A DNA stretch of 63,840 nt, filler included, from Octopus bimaculoides (GCF_001194135.2; 7 parts of 6 records of this genome joined end to end with filler, not necessarily neighbours in it), one strand, 5' to 3'; numbered from the whole stretch's first letter, positions 41,209 to 54,889 are shown. Numbers and translations: made by a program. The notes: generated by a model from the letters alone, not told the origin.

Positions 41209-42659
41209 CTAAACTGAGAATGATTAGAGAAATAACTGAAGATTGAGCGAGCGAGATAAAGAGAAAAAATAGAATGAGACAATGAGAGAGAAGGATAGAA
41301 TGAAAGTGTGAGAGAGAAGTGAGGATGTACGGATTTAGAAGAAGGAAAAGAGAAAAGTGGGAGGAAGAGTGAAACGGTGGTTGCTTAAAGGAATATTAGA
41401 CAATAAATATTAAAACTAAAATAAGTGAAATAGATGAACGAGAATAAGAAAGTGAGGGATGAGCAGAAGATAGCGTGCTTATGTTTGTATGTTTGTTTGT
41501 GTATGACTGGATGTGTAAGGGTCAGATGGATCGAAATCATATTAGCGTGATTGCCATAGAGATGAGGATGGAGAAGAATGAACGGTGAAGAACTCAATAA
41601 AAAGAGGAAAAAGAACAGGACAAAGGGGCTACAGAAACTATGAATATATNNNNNNNNNNNNNNNNNNNNNNNNNNNNNNNNNNNNNNNNNNNNTTAATTA
41701 ATTAANNNNNNNNNNNNNNNNNNNNNNNNNNNNNNNNNNNNNNNNNNNNTATATATATATATATATATAGTATTTTCTGTGTGTGCAGTTAGATGTATGA
41801 CTGCTACTGGTGATTAAATGTTTTTTTATTTTTTCTGAAGGAGCGTTGTAGATCTGCAGCCAAGTACATTATAAACACCTACTGCAGGTGATGCAAAATG
41901 ATTTTAGCCAATCCTATACAAGAGACAGCTCGAAGTACCCTGCCGTTATAAGCGATATCTCGGGAGGCAAAAACGTGTTATTCGCATGTTTTCCCATTCA
42001 ATGCTGTGCTGAGAAGATATTGTATATCAAGATGGAGTACTTACATGTATCTATTCCTTACATTATATGCAGAGCGTCTCCAAACACGTTTAAATTTAGC
42101 AGTTAAGAATGAGCACACTAACTAGTCAAGAAAATCTCTGTGAGAGATGAAAGCAGTATTCATACTGACAAGTAATGTTAAATGGCACCTAAACACTGCT
42201 GTTTCCTTGTAACAGAGGATACTGTCATTTTAATCCCCAGGAAGGCACTTCCTCCAGCTGCTTAATGCAGTGCGCTCTGCGCTCAATATATATTGCAAGC
42301 GGGGAGAGAACTCCCTACTATTTTAGCAGCGAGAACATCAGACCGTATAGTCACGGATCTTGTAACAAGTAAACTAGCTTTAATTGTCACTAACTGTGAC
42401 TGACGGTGCAGGGTAGTACCTACATTGCTAGAAATACGAGTTAAAATCCTTTAGAGCCACAAAAAAGCACATGTCTATGCACTGACAGGGGAGATAACCA
42501 CCCCACAGCGAGTGAGATCTCCATAGTAATCGCATTTCGCTTAAAATTAAAGTTCATCAATGGTGATTACTTCTTTTTTGGTTTTGTATTGCGTATAGCT
42601 GCCTTCGTCATTTTGCACACACACATACACATACACACAACAACATATACAATCCAAAA

Positions 42660-45600
42660 TAATGAAAGAACGAACGAACGAACAAAAAAAGGAACGAACG
42701 AACGAAATAACGAACGAACGAAATAACGAACGATCGAACGAACGAAGGAAATAACAAACAAAATAACGAACGAACAAACGAACGTAATAACGAACGAACA
42801 AACGATCGAAATAACGTACGAAAGAACGAGCGAACTTTATAACGAACAAACGAAATAACGAACGACAAAGCGAACGAAATAACGAAAGACATAACGAACG
42901 AATGAAGAAACGAACCTAAGAATGAACGAACGAACGGATGAACGAACGAAATAAGGACGAACGAAATAAGGACGAACGAAATAAGGAAGTGCGAACGATC
43001 AAACGAACGAACAATCGAAATAAACAACGAACAAACAAACGAACGAAGAAACTAAAGAACGAACGAACGAATGATATAACGAAGGAACGAACGAAAGGAT
43101 GAACAAACGAAATAAGGAACGAAATAGCGAATGAACGAACTAAAAAACGAACGAAATAACGAAAGAATGAACGAAATAACGAAAGAATGAACGAAAAAAC
43201 GAACGAACGAACGAAAGGACGAAAGGACGAAAGGACGAACAAACGAAATGAATAACCACGATCGAAGGAAAGAACGAACGAACTAAGTAAGGAATGAAAT
43301 AATGAAAGAATGAACGAACAAACGAACGAGATAACGAAAAAACGAACGAAATAACGACCAAACGAACTAACGTCGAACGAAATAATTAACGAACGAAATA
43401 ACGAACGAATGAACGAAATATCGAACGAATGAAATAACCAACGAAAGAACAAAATAACGAACGATCGAACGAACGAACGAACGAACTAAATAACGAACGA
43501 ACGAATGAACGCACGAATGAACGAAATAAAGAACGAACGAACAGACGAAAGAACGAACGACCGAACGAAAGAAATATCGAAAGAAAGAACTAACGTACGA
43601 ATGAAATAACGAAAGAACGAAATAACGAACGAACGAAATAACAAACGAACGAACGAACGATCGAAGGAACGAATGAACGAATGAAATAACGAACGAGAGA
43701 TCGAAATAACGAACGAACGAACAAAGTAACGAACGAACGAATCAACGAATTAACGAACAAACGAACGAATGAACAAACGAATAAACGAACGAACTAACGA
43801 ACGGGCGAACGAACGAAATAATGAAGGAACGAAGGAACGGACGAACGAAATAACGAACGAACAAACGGATGAAATAACGAACGAATGAACAAGCGAATGA
43901 AATAACGAACAAAAGAACGAACGAAATAACGAACGAAAAAACGAACGAACGAACGAAAGGACAAACGAACGAACGAAATAAATAACAACGATCGAAGGAA
44001 AGAAAGAACAAATGAAATAAGGAACGAAATAACGAAAGAATGAACGAAAGAAATAACGAAAAACGAACGAAATATCGACCGAACGAAATAACGCACGAAA
44101 GAAATAATTAACGAACGAAAGAACGAACTAACGAACGAACTAACGAACGAATGAACGAAATATCGCACGAATGAAATAACGAACGAACGAATGAACGAAA
44201 GAACGAACGAAATAACGAACGAACGAACGAACGAAAAATCGAACGACCGAACGAACGAAATATCGAAAGAATGAACAGTCGAACGAATGAAATAACGAAC
44301 GAACGATCGAACGAATGAACGACCGAAATAACGAACGAACGAACGAAATAACGAACGAACAAAATAACGTACGAACGAATGAACGAACAAACGAAGTAAC
44401 GAACGAAGGAAATAACGAACGAATGAAATAACGAAAGATAGAACGAACGAAATAACGAACGAACGAAATAACGAACGAACGAAGGATAGATCGAACGAAC
44501 GATCAAACGAGATAACGAACGAATGAAAGAATGAACGACCGAACGAACGAAATAACAAATCAAGGAACGGACGAACGAAAGAAATAGCGAACGAAAGAAT
44601 GAACGAACAAAATTACGAACGAATGAAAGAACAAACGACCGATAGAACGAACGAAATAACGAAGAAACGACCGAACGAAGGAAATAACGAACGAACGACC
44701 AAAAGAAATAACAAGCGAACGAAAGAAATAACGAACGAATGAACGAACGAACGAAATAACGAAAGAACGACCGAACGAACGAACGAAATAACGAATGATC
44801 GAACGAAATAACGAACGATCGAACGAAATAACGAACGAACGAAAGAAAACGAACGAACAAAGGAAGAAAATAACGAACAAAATAACGAACGAACGAGCGT
44901 GCGAACGAAAGAATGAAAGAAAGAAGGAACCAACAAACAAACGAACGAAGTACCGAATGAACAAACAAACGAAATAAAGAACGAAGGAACGAACGAATGA
45001 AATAAAGAACGAGTGAACAAACGAACGAACAAACGAAATAAGAAACGAATGAACGAACGAAATAACGAAACAACGAACGAGCCAACGATCGAAATAACGA
45101 ATGAAAGAACGAACGAAATAATGAGAGAACGAACGAACGAACAAAAAAAACGAACAAAAGAAAGAACGAATGAACGAAATAACGAACGATCGAAGGAAAT
45201 AACAAACAAAATAAAGAAGGAAGAAACGAACGAAATAACGAACGAACAAACGAACGAAATAACGAACGAACGAACGAACGAATGAATGAATGTTGTAACG
45301 AACGAACGAAATAATGAACGACCGAACGAACGATATAACGAAATAACGACCGAACGATCTAACGTACGAACGAAATAACGAACGATCGAAATAACGAACA
45401 AACGAACGATATAACGAACGAACGAACGAAATAATTAACGAAGGAAATAACGAACGAACGACCGAAACAACGAACCAATGAAATAACCAACGAAAGAAGG
45501 AAATAACGAACGATGGAACGAACGAACGAAGTAACGAACGATCGAATCAACGAATTAACGAACAAATGAACGAACGAATGAACGGACGAATGAACGAACG

Positions 45601-47826
45601 AACGAAAGGACGAACGAACGAACAAACGGACGAAATAACGAACGAATGAACGAGCGAACGAAATTGCGAACTAACGAACGAACGAACGAAATAACGAACG
45701 AACGAACGAAATAACGAACGAACGAACGAATTAACGAACGAACGAACGAATGAACGAACGAAATATATAACGACTGAACGAACCAACCAGCGAACGAACG
45801 AAATAACCAACGAACGAAATAATGAACGAACGAAATAATGGACGAACGAAATAACGAACGAACGAAAATACGAACGAAGAAACGAACGAAAGGACGAACA
45901 AACGAACGAAATAAATAACGAACGATCGAAGGAAGGAACGAACGAAAGAAATAAGGAACGAAATAACGAAAGAATGAACGAACAAACGTACGAAATAACG
46001 AACGAACGAACAAAATAACAACCGAACGAACTGACGNNNNNNNNNNNNNNNNNNNNNNNNNNNNNNNNNNNNNNNNNNNNNNNNNNNNNNNNNNNNNNNN
46101 NNNNNNNNNNNNNNNNNNNNNNNNNNNNNNNNNNNNNNNNNNNNNNNNNNNNNNNNNNNNNNNNNNNNNNNNNNNNNNNNNNNNNNNNNNNNNNNNNNNN
46201 NNNNNNNNNNNNNNNNNNNNNNNNNNNNNNNNNNNNNNNNNNNNNNNNNNNNNNNNNNNNNNNNNNNNNNNNNNNNNNNNNNNNNNNNNNNNNNNNNNNN
46301 NNNNNNNNNNNNNNNNNNNNNNNNNNNNNNNNNNNNNNNNNNNNNNNNNNNNNNNNNNNNNNNNNNNNNNNNNNNNNNNNNNNNNNNNNNNNNNNNNNNN
46401 NNNNNNNNNNNNNNNNNNNNNNNNNNNNNNNNNNNNNNNNNNNNNNNNNNNNNNNNNNNNNNNNNNNNNNNNNNNNNNNNNNNNNNNNNNNNNNNNNNNN
46501 NNNNNNNNNNNNNNNNNNNNNNNNNNNNNNNNNNNNNNNNNNNNNNNNNNNNNNNNNNNNNNNNNNNNNNNNNNNNNNNNNNNNNNNNNNNNNNNNNNNN
46601 AACCGAACGAACTGACGTACGAACGACATAATTAACGAACGAAATAACGAACGAGCAAATGAAATAACCAACGAAACAACGAAATAACGAACGAATGAAC
46701 GAACGAAATAAGGAACTAACGAAATGACGAACGAGAGAAATAACGAACGAACGATCGAACGAAATAACAAACGAACGAAAGAACGAACGACCGAACGAAA
46801 GAAATATCGAAAGAACGAACGGACGAACGAACGAAATAACGAACGAACGAAATAATGAATGAACGAACGAATGAACGAACGAAATTACGAACGAACGAAC
46901 GAAATAACGAACGAACGAATGAACGAACAAACGAAGTAACAAACGAACGAACGAACGAAATAACGAACGAAATATCGAACGATCGAACAAACGAATGAAA
47001 TAACGAATGAACGAACGATCGAAGGAATGAAATAACGTACGAATGGACGAACGAAATAACGAATGAACGAAAGAACGAACGAACGAGACAAAGAACGAGC
47101 GAACGAACGAAATAACAAACGAACGAAATAACGAACTATCGAACCAACGAAACAACGAACAAACGCACAGACAATCGAAATAATGAACGAACGAACGAAC
47201 GAAATAACGAACGAACGAAATAACGAACGATCTTACGAATGAACAAAATAATGAACAAAAGGAAAGAACGAAGTAACGAAATAACGAACGAACCAACCAA
47301 TAAACGAACCAATGAAAGAACGAACGAATGAAATAACGAACATTCTGACTGAAAGTACGAACGAACGAAATAACGAACAAGCGAACGAATGGAATAATGA
47401 ACGAATGAACGAAAGAAATAACGCACGAACGTACGAACGAAATAATCAACGAATTAAAGAACGAACCAACGAACCAACGAATGAAATAAAGAACCAACGT
47501 TAGAAAGAACGAATGAACGAAATAACGAACGAGCAAACGAAGTAAGGAACGAACGAATGAACGAATTAACGAACGAACGAACGAACGAAATAACGAACGA
47601 ACGATTGAACGAACGAACGAATGAATGGACGAATGATTGAACGAACGAAATTAGAACGAACGAACGAACGAAAAACGATCGAAATAACGAAAGAACAAAC
47701 GAACAAACGAACGAAGAAATTAACGAACGAACGAACGAACGATTGAATGAACGAACGAACGAACAATCGATCGAACGGATGAAATATCGAACGAACGAAC
47801 GAACGAATGATTTAACGAAAGAACGC
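42660..47826. repeat. (AACG)n-based satellite with AAAT/AAAG interruptions, ~5.2 kb including an N gap
   Basis: aacgaacgaacgaaat units throughout. The FVRS-rich and ERTN-rich ORFs are by-products. Confidence 0.97.
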
Positions 47827-48136
47827 TCCATTGCCGAACAGCTACGTTATGGTGGGCCATTTTATCGAACTCCATTGCTGACCCGCTAAGTTACCGGGGT
47901 AGAGGTATTTTATCGGTTTCCATTGCCGAACTGCTAAGTTATCGGCGGGGGTATTTTATCGATCTTCTTTGCCGAACCGCTAAGTTATGGGAGGGCATTT
48001 TATCGATCTCCATTCCCGAACCGCTACGTTAATGGGGGGGATTTTGTCGATCACCATTGCCAAACTGCTAAGTTTAATGGGGCCATTTTATCGATTTCCA
48101 TTGCCGAACTACTATGTTACGGGCGGGCATTTTATC
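47826..48136. repeat. Minisatellite, ~40-45 bp unit, about 7 copies
   Basis: ttttatcgatctccattgccgaaccgctaagttatggggg repeated up to the gap. Confidence 0.9.
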
Positions 48137-49865
48137 NNNNNNNNNNNNNNNNNNNNNNNNNNNNNNNNNNNNNNNNNNNNTTAATTAATTAANNNNNNNN
48201 NNNNNNNNNNNNNNNNNNNNNNNNNNNNNNNNNNNNATATATATATATATATATATAAGTATAGAGACATGCATATTATATATACTTATATAAATATATA
48301 ATCATATTGATGTGTATGTGTATGTGCGTAAGTTCGCAAATATGTAAGTTGCATATGCTTACGTGTCTTACTGAATAACCATAAACATCTTTTATATTTT
48401 TATAGTAAAGTATATTGTTAGATGCAAATTCATATATATATATATACACGCGTATATATTATAACACTTATATAGTTGTGTATGTACGTCACTGTGTGTA
48501 TGTATGTGTGTGTAAATGTCTGTAAGAAAGTGTATGTTAGTCTGTATATGTGTATGTATAAACACGTGACTGTGCAAGAATATTAGTTAGACAGTTTGGC
48601 AGCTGATTGAATATCCATGAGCAAATAAAGTGGCGCAGGTCGATGGCTAAGAAATGGTTGTGGGGTGAAGAAAATATTACGGCAGAAGTTAAGGCTCTTC
48701 ATATGTAACAACTGCACTGCACAGCTGCTCAAGTAATACTTTTTTATGTATATAATCTTCTTTATAAATTCAAACAAAAATGTATAATGATCAGCAACTG
48801 CACGCTAATAATGCAGGTGAACAGAGAGTGACGTGAAAGTGGTTAAGACTTATGTTAGCTTAACTTGGAAATTCTAAGCAACATCACTTCAAGCTGCAAT
48901 ACGCGGAGCCAATATCCAGGACATGTTCTCTGTAAAGGAGCAAATCAAATAAATAGTTATGATGAATAATGCATTGTTTGCACGTTAGACCAAATAGGAA
49001 GAAAGGGGAGGAGGAGGAGGGGGAAATAGAAGGTGAAGAAGAGCATGATTGGGAAGAAAAAGAAGAACAAGAACAAGAACAAGAAGAAAAAGAAGTAGAA
49101 CAACAACAATAACAACGGCAACGTGAAGGAAGACCATAAATTATGAGAACAAAACTGATGCTAAAAACGTGACCCAGAAAATATAAATTTCGAAATAAGA
49201 CAAAAAGAAAAAAACACATAAAATAGATTATAATTTATGACAACTATATGGAGAGTACTTTCCTACATTTTACGGTTTCTAGATTTATGTGGTGGCAGCG
49301 TAATTTAAAATTACCATTAAAAGAGTAATGATCTAGAAGAAAGGAAATAATAGGAAATGTATATAATGACAGACACGTAGGAGCTATCAAGAATGAAGAG
49401 TTATATATGTAATCTGTGCATGTTAGAATGATGTTTGATTGCATGTTTTCACGTAGAGATTGCAAAGTTGACTATGAATATGGTAAGTGAAGCTAATTTA
49501 ACAGAATAGATAATCTTAGTGTTTTGAACACAAAAGGAAACTTGTACATGTATTGATATAAAATCTGTATTCTTTACTATGTGGGTAAAATTAATTGTAC
49601 ATATAATATATCGTATACTTAAGCGCATACACGCACAAGCACAAACACATATATAAACAGACAGAAAGACAGATAGATACCTAGAAAGACATATAGATAC
49701 CTATAAAAATATACATACATACATACACACAGATATATGTGCATATTATATATATATGTACGTACATATACATATATATCTACAGGTATGCATGTATATG
49801 CGTATATATGTGTTTTAACACGAACATGTATTATATTCATATATACATGCACACACACATATATG

Positions 49866-49909
<44 letters not shown>

Positions 49910-51876
49910 ATGACGTCATATCATTTGTATAGGCTTTCGAGAGGACATAGAATAATTCTTGTTTGGAATAATAATCGTCGAAGCACATCACATAGTCAGA
50001 AGAAATAATATCTTAAACATAAAAAACCCTTCGGATATAACATGGGTGTGTATGTTTTTGTCAGTATATGTGTGTGTGTGCGTGTGTGTGCGTGAGTGTG
50101 TATACATGCATAAAAATAATCGCAGAGAAACTGAAAGTATATGATAAAATATACGTGCGTAGATATTTTTTTCTGTTACCGGTTTAACACCACCACGTCG
50201 TCTGCTTTCAGCGGAGTCCTCATTGTGTCTGGTACAGAATAAATTCCTTTACTCCCGTCTGTGACAACCTGGAAACAGCCATACAAATGCATACAAATTG
50301 CACAGGTTTCAATTATTAATTTAGACTGTAACTTACCTGTTTATCAGGAAGTTTTAATTCGTTCGTTTCATATTGTGTATGGAGAGGCAGTAACAGGTGA
50401 AATTATGTGCTACTGCTAAAGCGCTATGCAGGTTGTGAATAAGCTTACAATTTGCTGAACGTATATATTTGACTATATGTAACACTACGTGATACAGACT
50501 TTATATTAGAGATGTCTGTAGAGAATTGACAGATCACATATTTCTGTTGGTTTCCATGTGAAATCAACGACAATGGCTCGTGCAAAGTCTTTGTATTCCC
50601 CAATTAAAAGTTGTACAAAATAAAGTAAAAAAAAAGAAACCTTGATGAGAAATAACAGTTTTATGTTCCTTATAATTATTTCAGATTCTTGTCTGACATC
50701 AAAAGAGTTAGGATTTTAACTCAGATAAGACATAACAGAAGACGAAAACATTCCTTTTACTGTTCTCATGTTCTAATGAACTAAACCAATTCTCCGCAAT
50801 GCTTCACATGGTGCTTATTTATAAGCGAAAACGATCGTGTGTCTTGAAATAATATTTGTTTTTATTTGAGTAATTCTAATGGCGGAGTAATAGATTCAGC
50901 AGAGTAGTTCACCGTTTCATAACAATGGGTATTCTGTTGTATATTCGGTTTCTATTTTCTTGTCTTCATATATATTCTGTGGTTTGATGATGTATCCATC
51001 AGATATGATACATGTAAGTTGAGCTAATATGCTGTGTGTGACGTGTATGTGTCTTTCATTTAAACTAATATCTTTTAGTACTTACTGTTGGTAAAATGAC
51101 AAGAATCGTCAAATACATTGTTGAGGAGATGTATAAAAAGATCAAATTCCAAAGATATTTTCCGTTGGTTCTCGTATATTTTACGGATACTTTTAAATAC
51201 GCTTAAATATAAATACACGGGAGTAATTTCCCTTTGTCAATGAAGAAAGACACGAGAAAACACGTATAGCGGGAAGTTAGTTCTAGATTTTGGTCTAAGA
51301 GTTATCTGTCACAAAGAAATGGCAAGAATTATATTACCTATCTATTTCATTTAAACTAAAACTAAAGAAAGCATTAGATTTATGACTTAAGGTCATTATC
51401 GAGGAAAGTAACGTTTCGTATCATTATAGCAAAAACATTAAAATACAAGACCTGAATGTAAGAGTGAGTGACATAGCTGCCAGAAGACATGCTATCCACT
51501 GACTAAAATCGGAAAAGATCCAGGCTTTTATAACTTCCCATGGAAATTACTAGAAGCCTCCCAAAATATCTTTTAGAATAATTCTGAATAACTTTTAAAT
51601 AATTTCAGCTTAAGTCTTTTCAAACTTTCAGAGAACATATATCAAATTAGTTTAAAACAAATCCGCCAAAAGAAATCCGCCAAAACAAACAGCTCTCACT
51701 ACAGCCGTACATATGCTGTCAATATATGTTGCTGTTTATAAAGCTCATTTATATATATATATATATATATATATATNNNNNNNNNNNNNNNNNNNNNNNN
51801 NNNNNNNNNNNNNNNNNNNNTTAATTAATTAANNNNNNNNNNNNNNNNNNNNNNNNNNNNNNNNNNNNNNNNNNNN

Positions 51877-51913
<37 letters not shown>

Positions 51914-52346
51914 GAAAATGAGAGAGAGAGAAAATGAGAGAGAGAGAAAATGAGAGAGAGAGTGAGTGAGTGAGAGGGATAGAGTGTGTGGTACTTGCAT
52001 AGCAAGTGTTTCGATTTGCGATCAAGTGCTGAAACTAAAGCGGTTGCAAAAATACGCAAAGCAACGAAGGTAGTTAATAAATACCAGAATGTTTTCATTA
52101 TATAAATATCTTTCAGGCTATGGTAAATCCGTTAAGTGGGGAATAGTATTTTAGTCAGTTGGTTGCTGGAAATTTCTCAATAAATATAAGAATGGAAGTG
52201 GCCACAGGAATTCACTAATTCCGATCTTTTGTTTAAAATTGTAAAATATGCAGGTGGTACTTTATTTTCTGAGACAAAAGTCTCATCTTATGTACTTATA
52301 ATTGTATTGAGACATTTTATAATGGATTCCCTGATGAATAATTGTT

Positions 52347-52720
52347 AACACTGGTTGCAAATTTTGACACAAGGCCAGCAATTTTAGGGAAATGGATAAG
52401 TCGATAACATCGACCCCAGCGTTCAGCTGGCACTTATTCTATTGACCTCTAAAGGATGAAAGGCAAAATCGACCTCGACGGGCGAAATACAGCAAAGCAC
52501 TTTGCAATAATTTTTAATATTATCATCTTTTAAAAAGCGCCGAGAGAAATTCTTAGAAGCATTTCGTCTGTCATTACGTTCTGAGTTGAAATTCCGCTTT
52601 GGTCGACTTTGCTTTTCATCCTTTCGGGTCGATAAAATAAGTACCAGTTGAGCACTGGGGTAGATGTAATCGACTTAACTTCTCCTTCCAAATTGCTGGT
52701 TTTGTGCCAAAGTTTGAAAT
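52347..52720. mobile_element. Head-to-head pair of family B SINEs (minus ~52347-52505, plus ~52545-52720)
   Basis: atcgaccccagcgttcagctggcacttatt...ggatgaaaggcaaaatcgacc versus ggtcgactttgcttttcatcc...aataagtaccagttgagcactggggtagat. Confidence 0.9.
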
Positions 52721-53267
52721 CAATATTGTCATCTTTTAGAGTCCAGACATATTTTGATAGTAAAATAACGACGTTTCTTTCTCAGTGTCTGAATATGCCT
52801 GTGTACACATGTGTGTGATAAGTGTGTAACAAAGGGAAGAAGAGGAAGAGGACGTGGGTTAAGTGGTAGAAGAAGAAATAGAGAAAGAGAAAACGAATAC
52901 GGAGAAGAAAGATGAGCAAAGCTAAAATATATTGGATGAGGTGGATCGATAACAAGCAACTCCGCAGTTGCCGGCACCTAGTTAATGGTGAGGAGTTATT
53001 GAAGGGTGTAGATAGCCTCAAGCTAGGGATGAGTGTTGCGTTGGAAATACTCCACTTTTCTAACCTTCCATGTTCAGTAATAATAAAATCCAATTTTACA
53101 TTAATTTGAACGGCTACTCAATACTTTTCTAGAGTACAAATTTATTATGCTTTAAACAAGAATAGTCTCGATAATGACTTCGAAGTTTCGGTCAGCTAGG
53201 CCATCTTCATACTGTATGTGTGTAAGTATGCATGTATGTATGCATGTATGTATGTGTGTGTGTGTGC

Positions 53268-53316
<49 letters not shown>

Positions 53317-53320
53317 CATA

Positions 53321-54193
53321 TGAGGGGGTGTTCCAAAGAAACCGGAATTTCGCAATACTATTTTATTCACTTTTACATGTTTACACTTTTATCGCCTTCA
53401 AAGGATTCAGCATTTGAAGCAATGCATCGGTGCAGGCGCCTTTTCCACTGTTCGAAGCAGTGCTGGAACTCTTGTCAAGTGATGCCTTGTAACGCCTCTG
53501 TCATTTTTTTCTTCACCTCTTCCACATCCGTAAATTCCGTAGAACCAGCTTTCGTCACCAGAGATGATCGGATCAACTTCCAACTGTTCTTTCAGTTCAC
53601 AACTAGCATTCAGTTGTGACTGCTTTTGATGTTCTGTGAACAAGCGAGGCACACATTTTGCTGCAACTCTTTTCATTCGAAATTCCTCGCTCAAAATTCG
53701 TTGGCAGGAGCTCCAGGATACACTAGTGATATCAAGAAGTTCGTCAATTGTTCGGTCCTCCAAGATCAGTTCATGAATTTTCATGATGCTTTCATTCGTT
53801 CGGGAGGTCGATGGTCATCCTGAACGATGTTGGTTTTCAAGCGACAAGTGACCATTCCCAAAGCGTGAAAACCACTCGTAAGCTTGTGTTTTGCTCATGG
53901 CAGCGTCCTTTTAAGCTGTTTGAAGCATGTCAACTGGTTTGGCCACCGTTTTCCCTAGCAGAAAACAAAATTTCACAGAAGCACGCTGTTCCTTCGTTTC
54001 AGCCATCGCAAAATCGATTAACAGGGGAGAACCACTACAAAACAAAAATGCAGCACATGGTAGTACGAACCCACCAGACACCGCCGGATGACAAACTGAG
54101 GGTCACATCAAGTGGCTTCTAGCGGCGGAAGCCTGAACTACAACAGGTTTATCCCACAGAGAATGTTTCTGGTTACTTTTGGGAACCTCCTCA
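53321..54193 (-). mobile_element. Mariner element with both TIRs, internally deleted
   Basis: Left TIR TA-tgagggggtgttccaaagaaaccggaa; right TIR reverse complement tgaggaggttcccaaaagtaaccagaa. Peptide KIHELILEDRTIDEL...CQRILSEEFRMKRVAAKCVPRLFTEHQK...IISGDESWFYG. In another frame the C-terminus reads KKMTEALQGI...FQHCFEQWKRRLHRCIASNAESFEGD. Confidence 0.93.
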
Positions 54194-54535
54194 CACACAC
54201 ACACACACACACACACACNNNNNNNNNNNNNNNNNNNNNNNNNNNNNNNNNNNNNNNNNNNNTTAATTAATTAANNNNNNNNNNNNNNNNNNNNNNNNNN
54301 NNNNNNNNNNNNNNNNNNAGAGAGAGAGAGAGAGAGAGAGAGGGGGAGAGAAAGAGATAGAGAACAGAGAGAGACAGAGAGAGAGAGAGAGAGAGCGATT
54401 TAAATAGGCTGATGGAGAGACAGACATAGAGGGAGAGGGTGAGAGAGCGTGAATGAGTGACAAAGAGAAGAGAAAGAAAGAGAAAGATGTCATTCAAAAT
54501 ATCAATACACTTAAATAGATGCATATATGTACCGT

Positions 54536-54574
<39 letters not shown>

Positions 54575-54797
54575 NNNNNNNNNNNNNNNNNNNNNNNNNN
54601 NNNNNNNNNNNNNNGTATGTGTGTGTGTGTGTGTGTCCGTCCGTATGTAAAACTGCATTATCTCCGTTGAGTTTGGTTCAATCGAAGTGGACTGCTTTCA
54701 TATCTTAGTACTCAATACATAATACAAGTGCAGTTTTATATTTATATTTAAAATTCGGCACGCGCTTGAAAACATCGGTGTGTCATATACATACATG

Positions 54798-54857
<60 letters not shown>

Positions 54858-54889
54858 TGAGTGGACAAACGAAAGAAGGACACTCAACA

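Noticed and set aside
42547-47831. Many long ORFs (up to 601 aa) rich in FVRS or ERTN
   Set aside because: They are translations of the (AACG)n satellite, which lacks stops in most frames; some also span N gaps.
48884-48929. VLDIGSA as SAM-methyltransferase motif I
   Set aside because: It lacks the GxG glycines and is followed by a stop within six codons.
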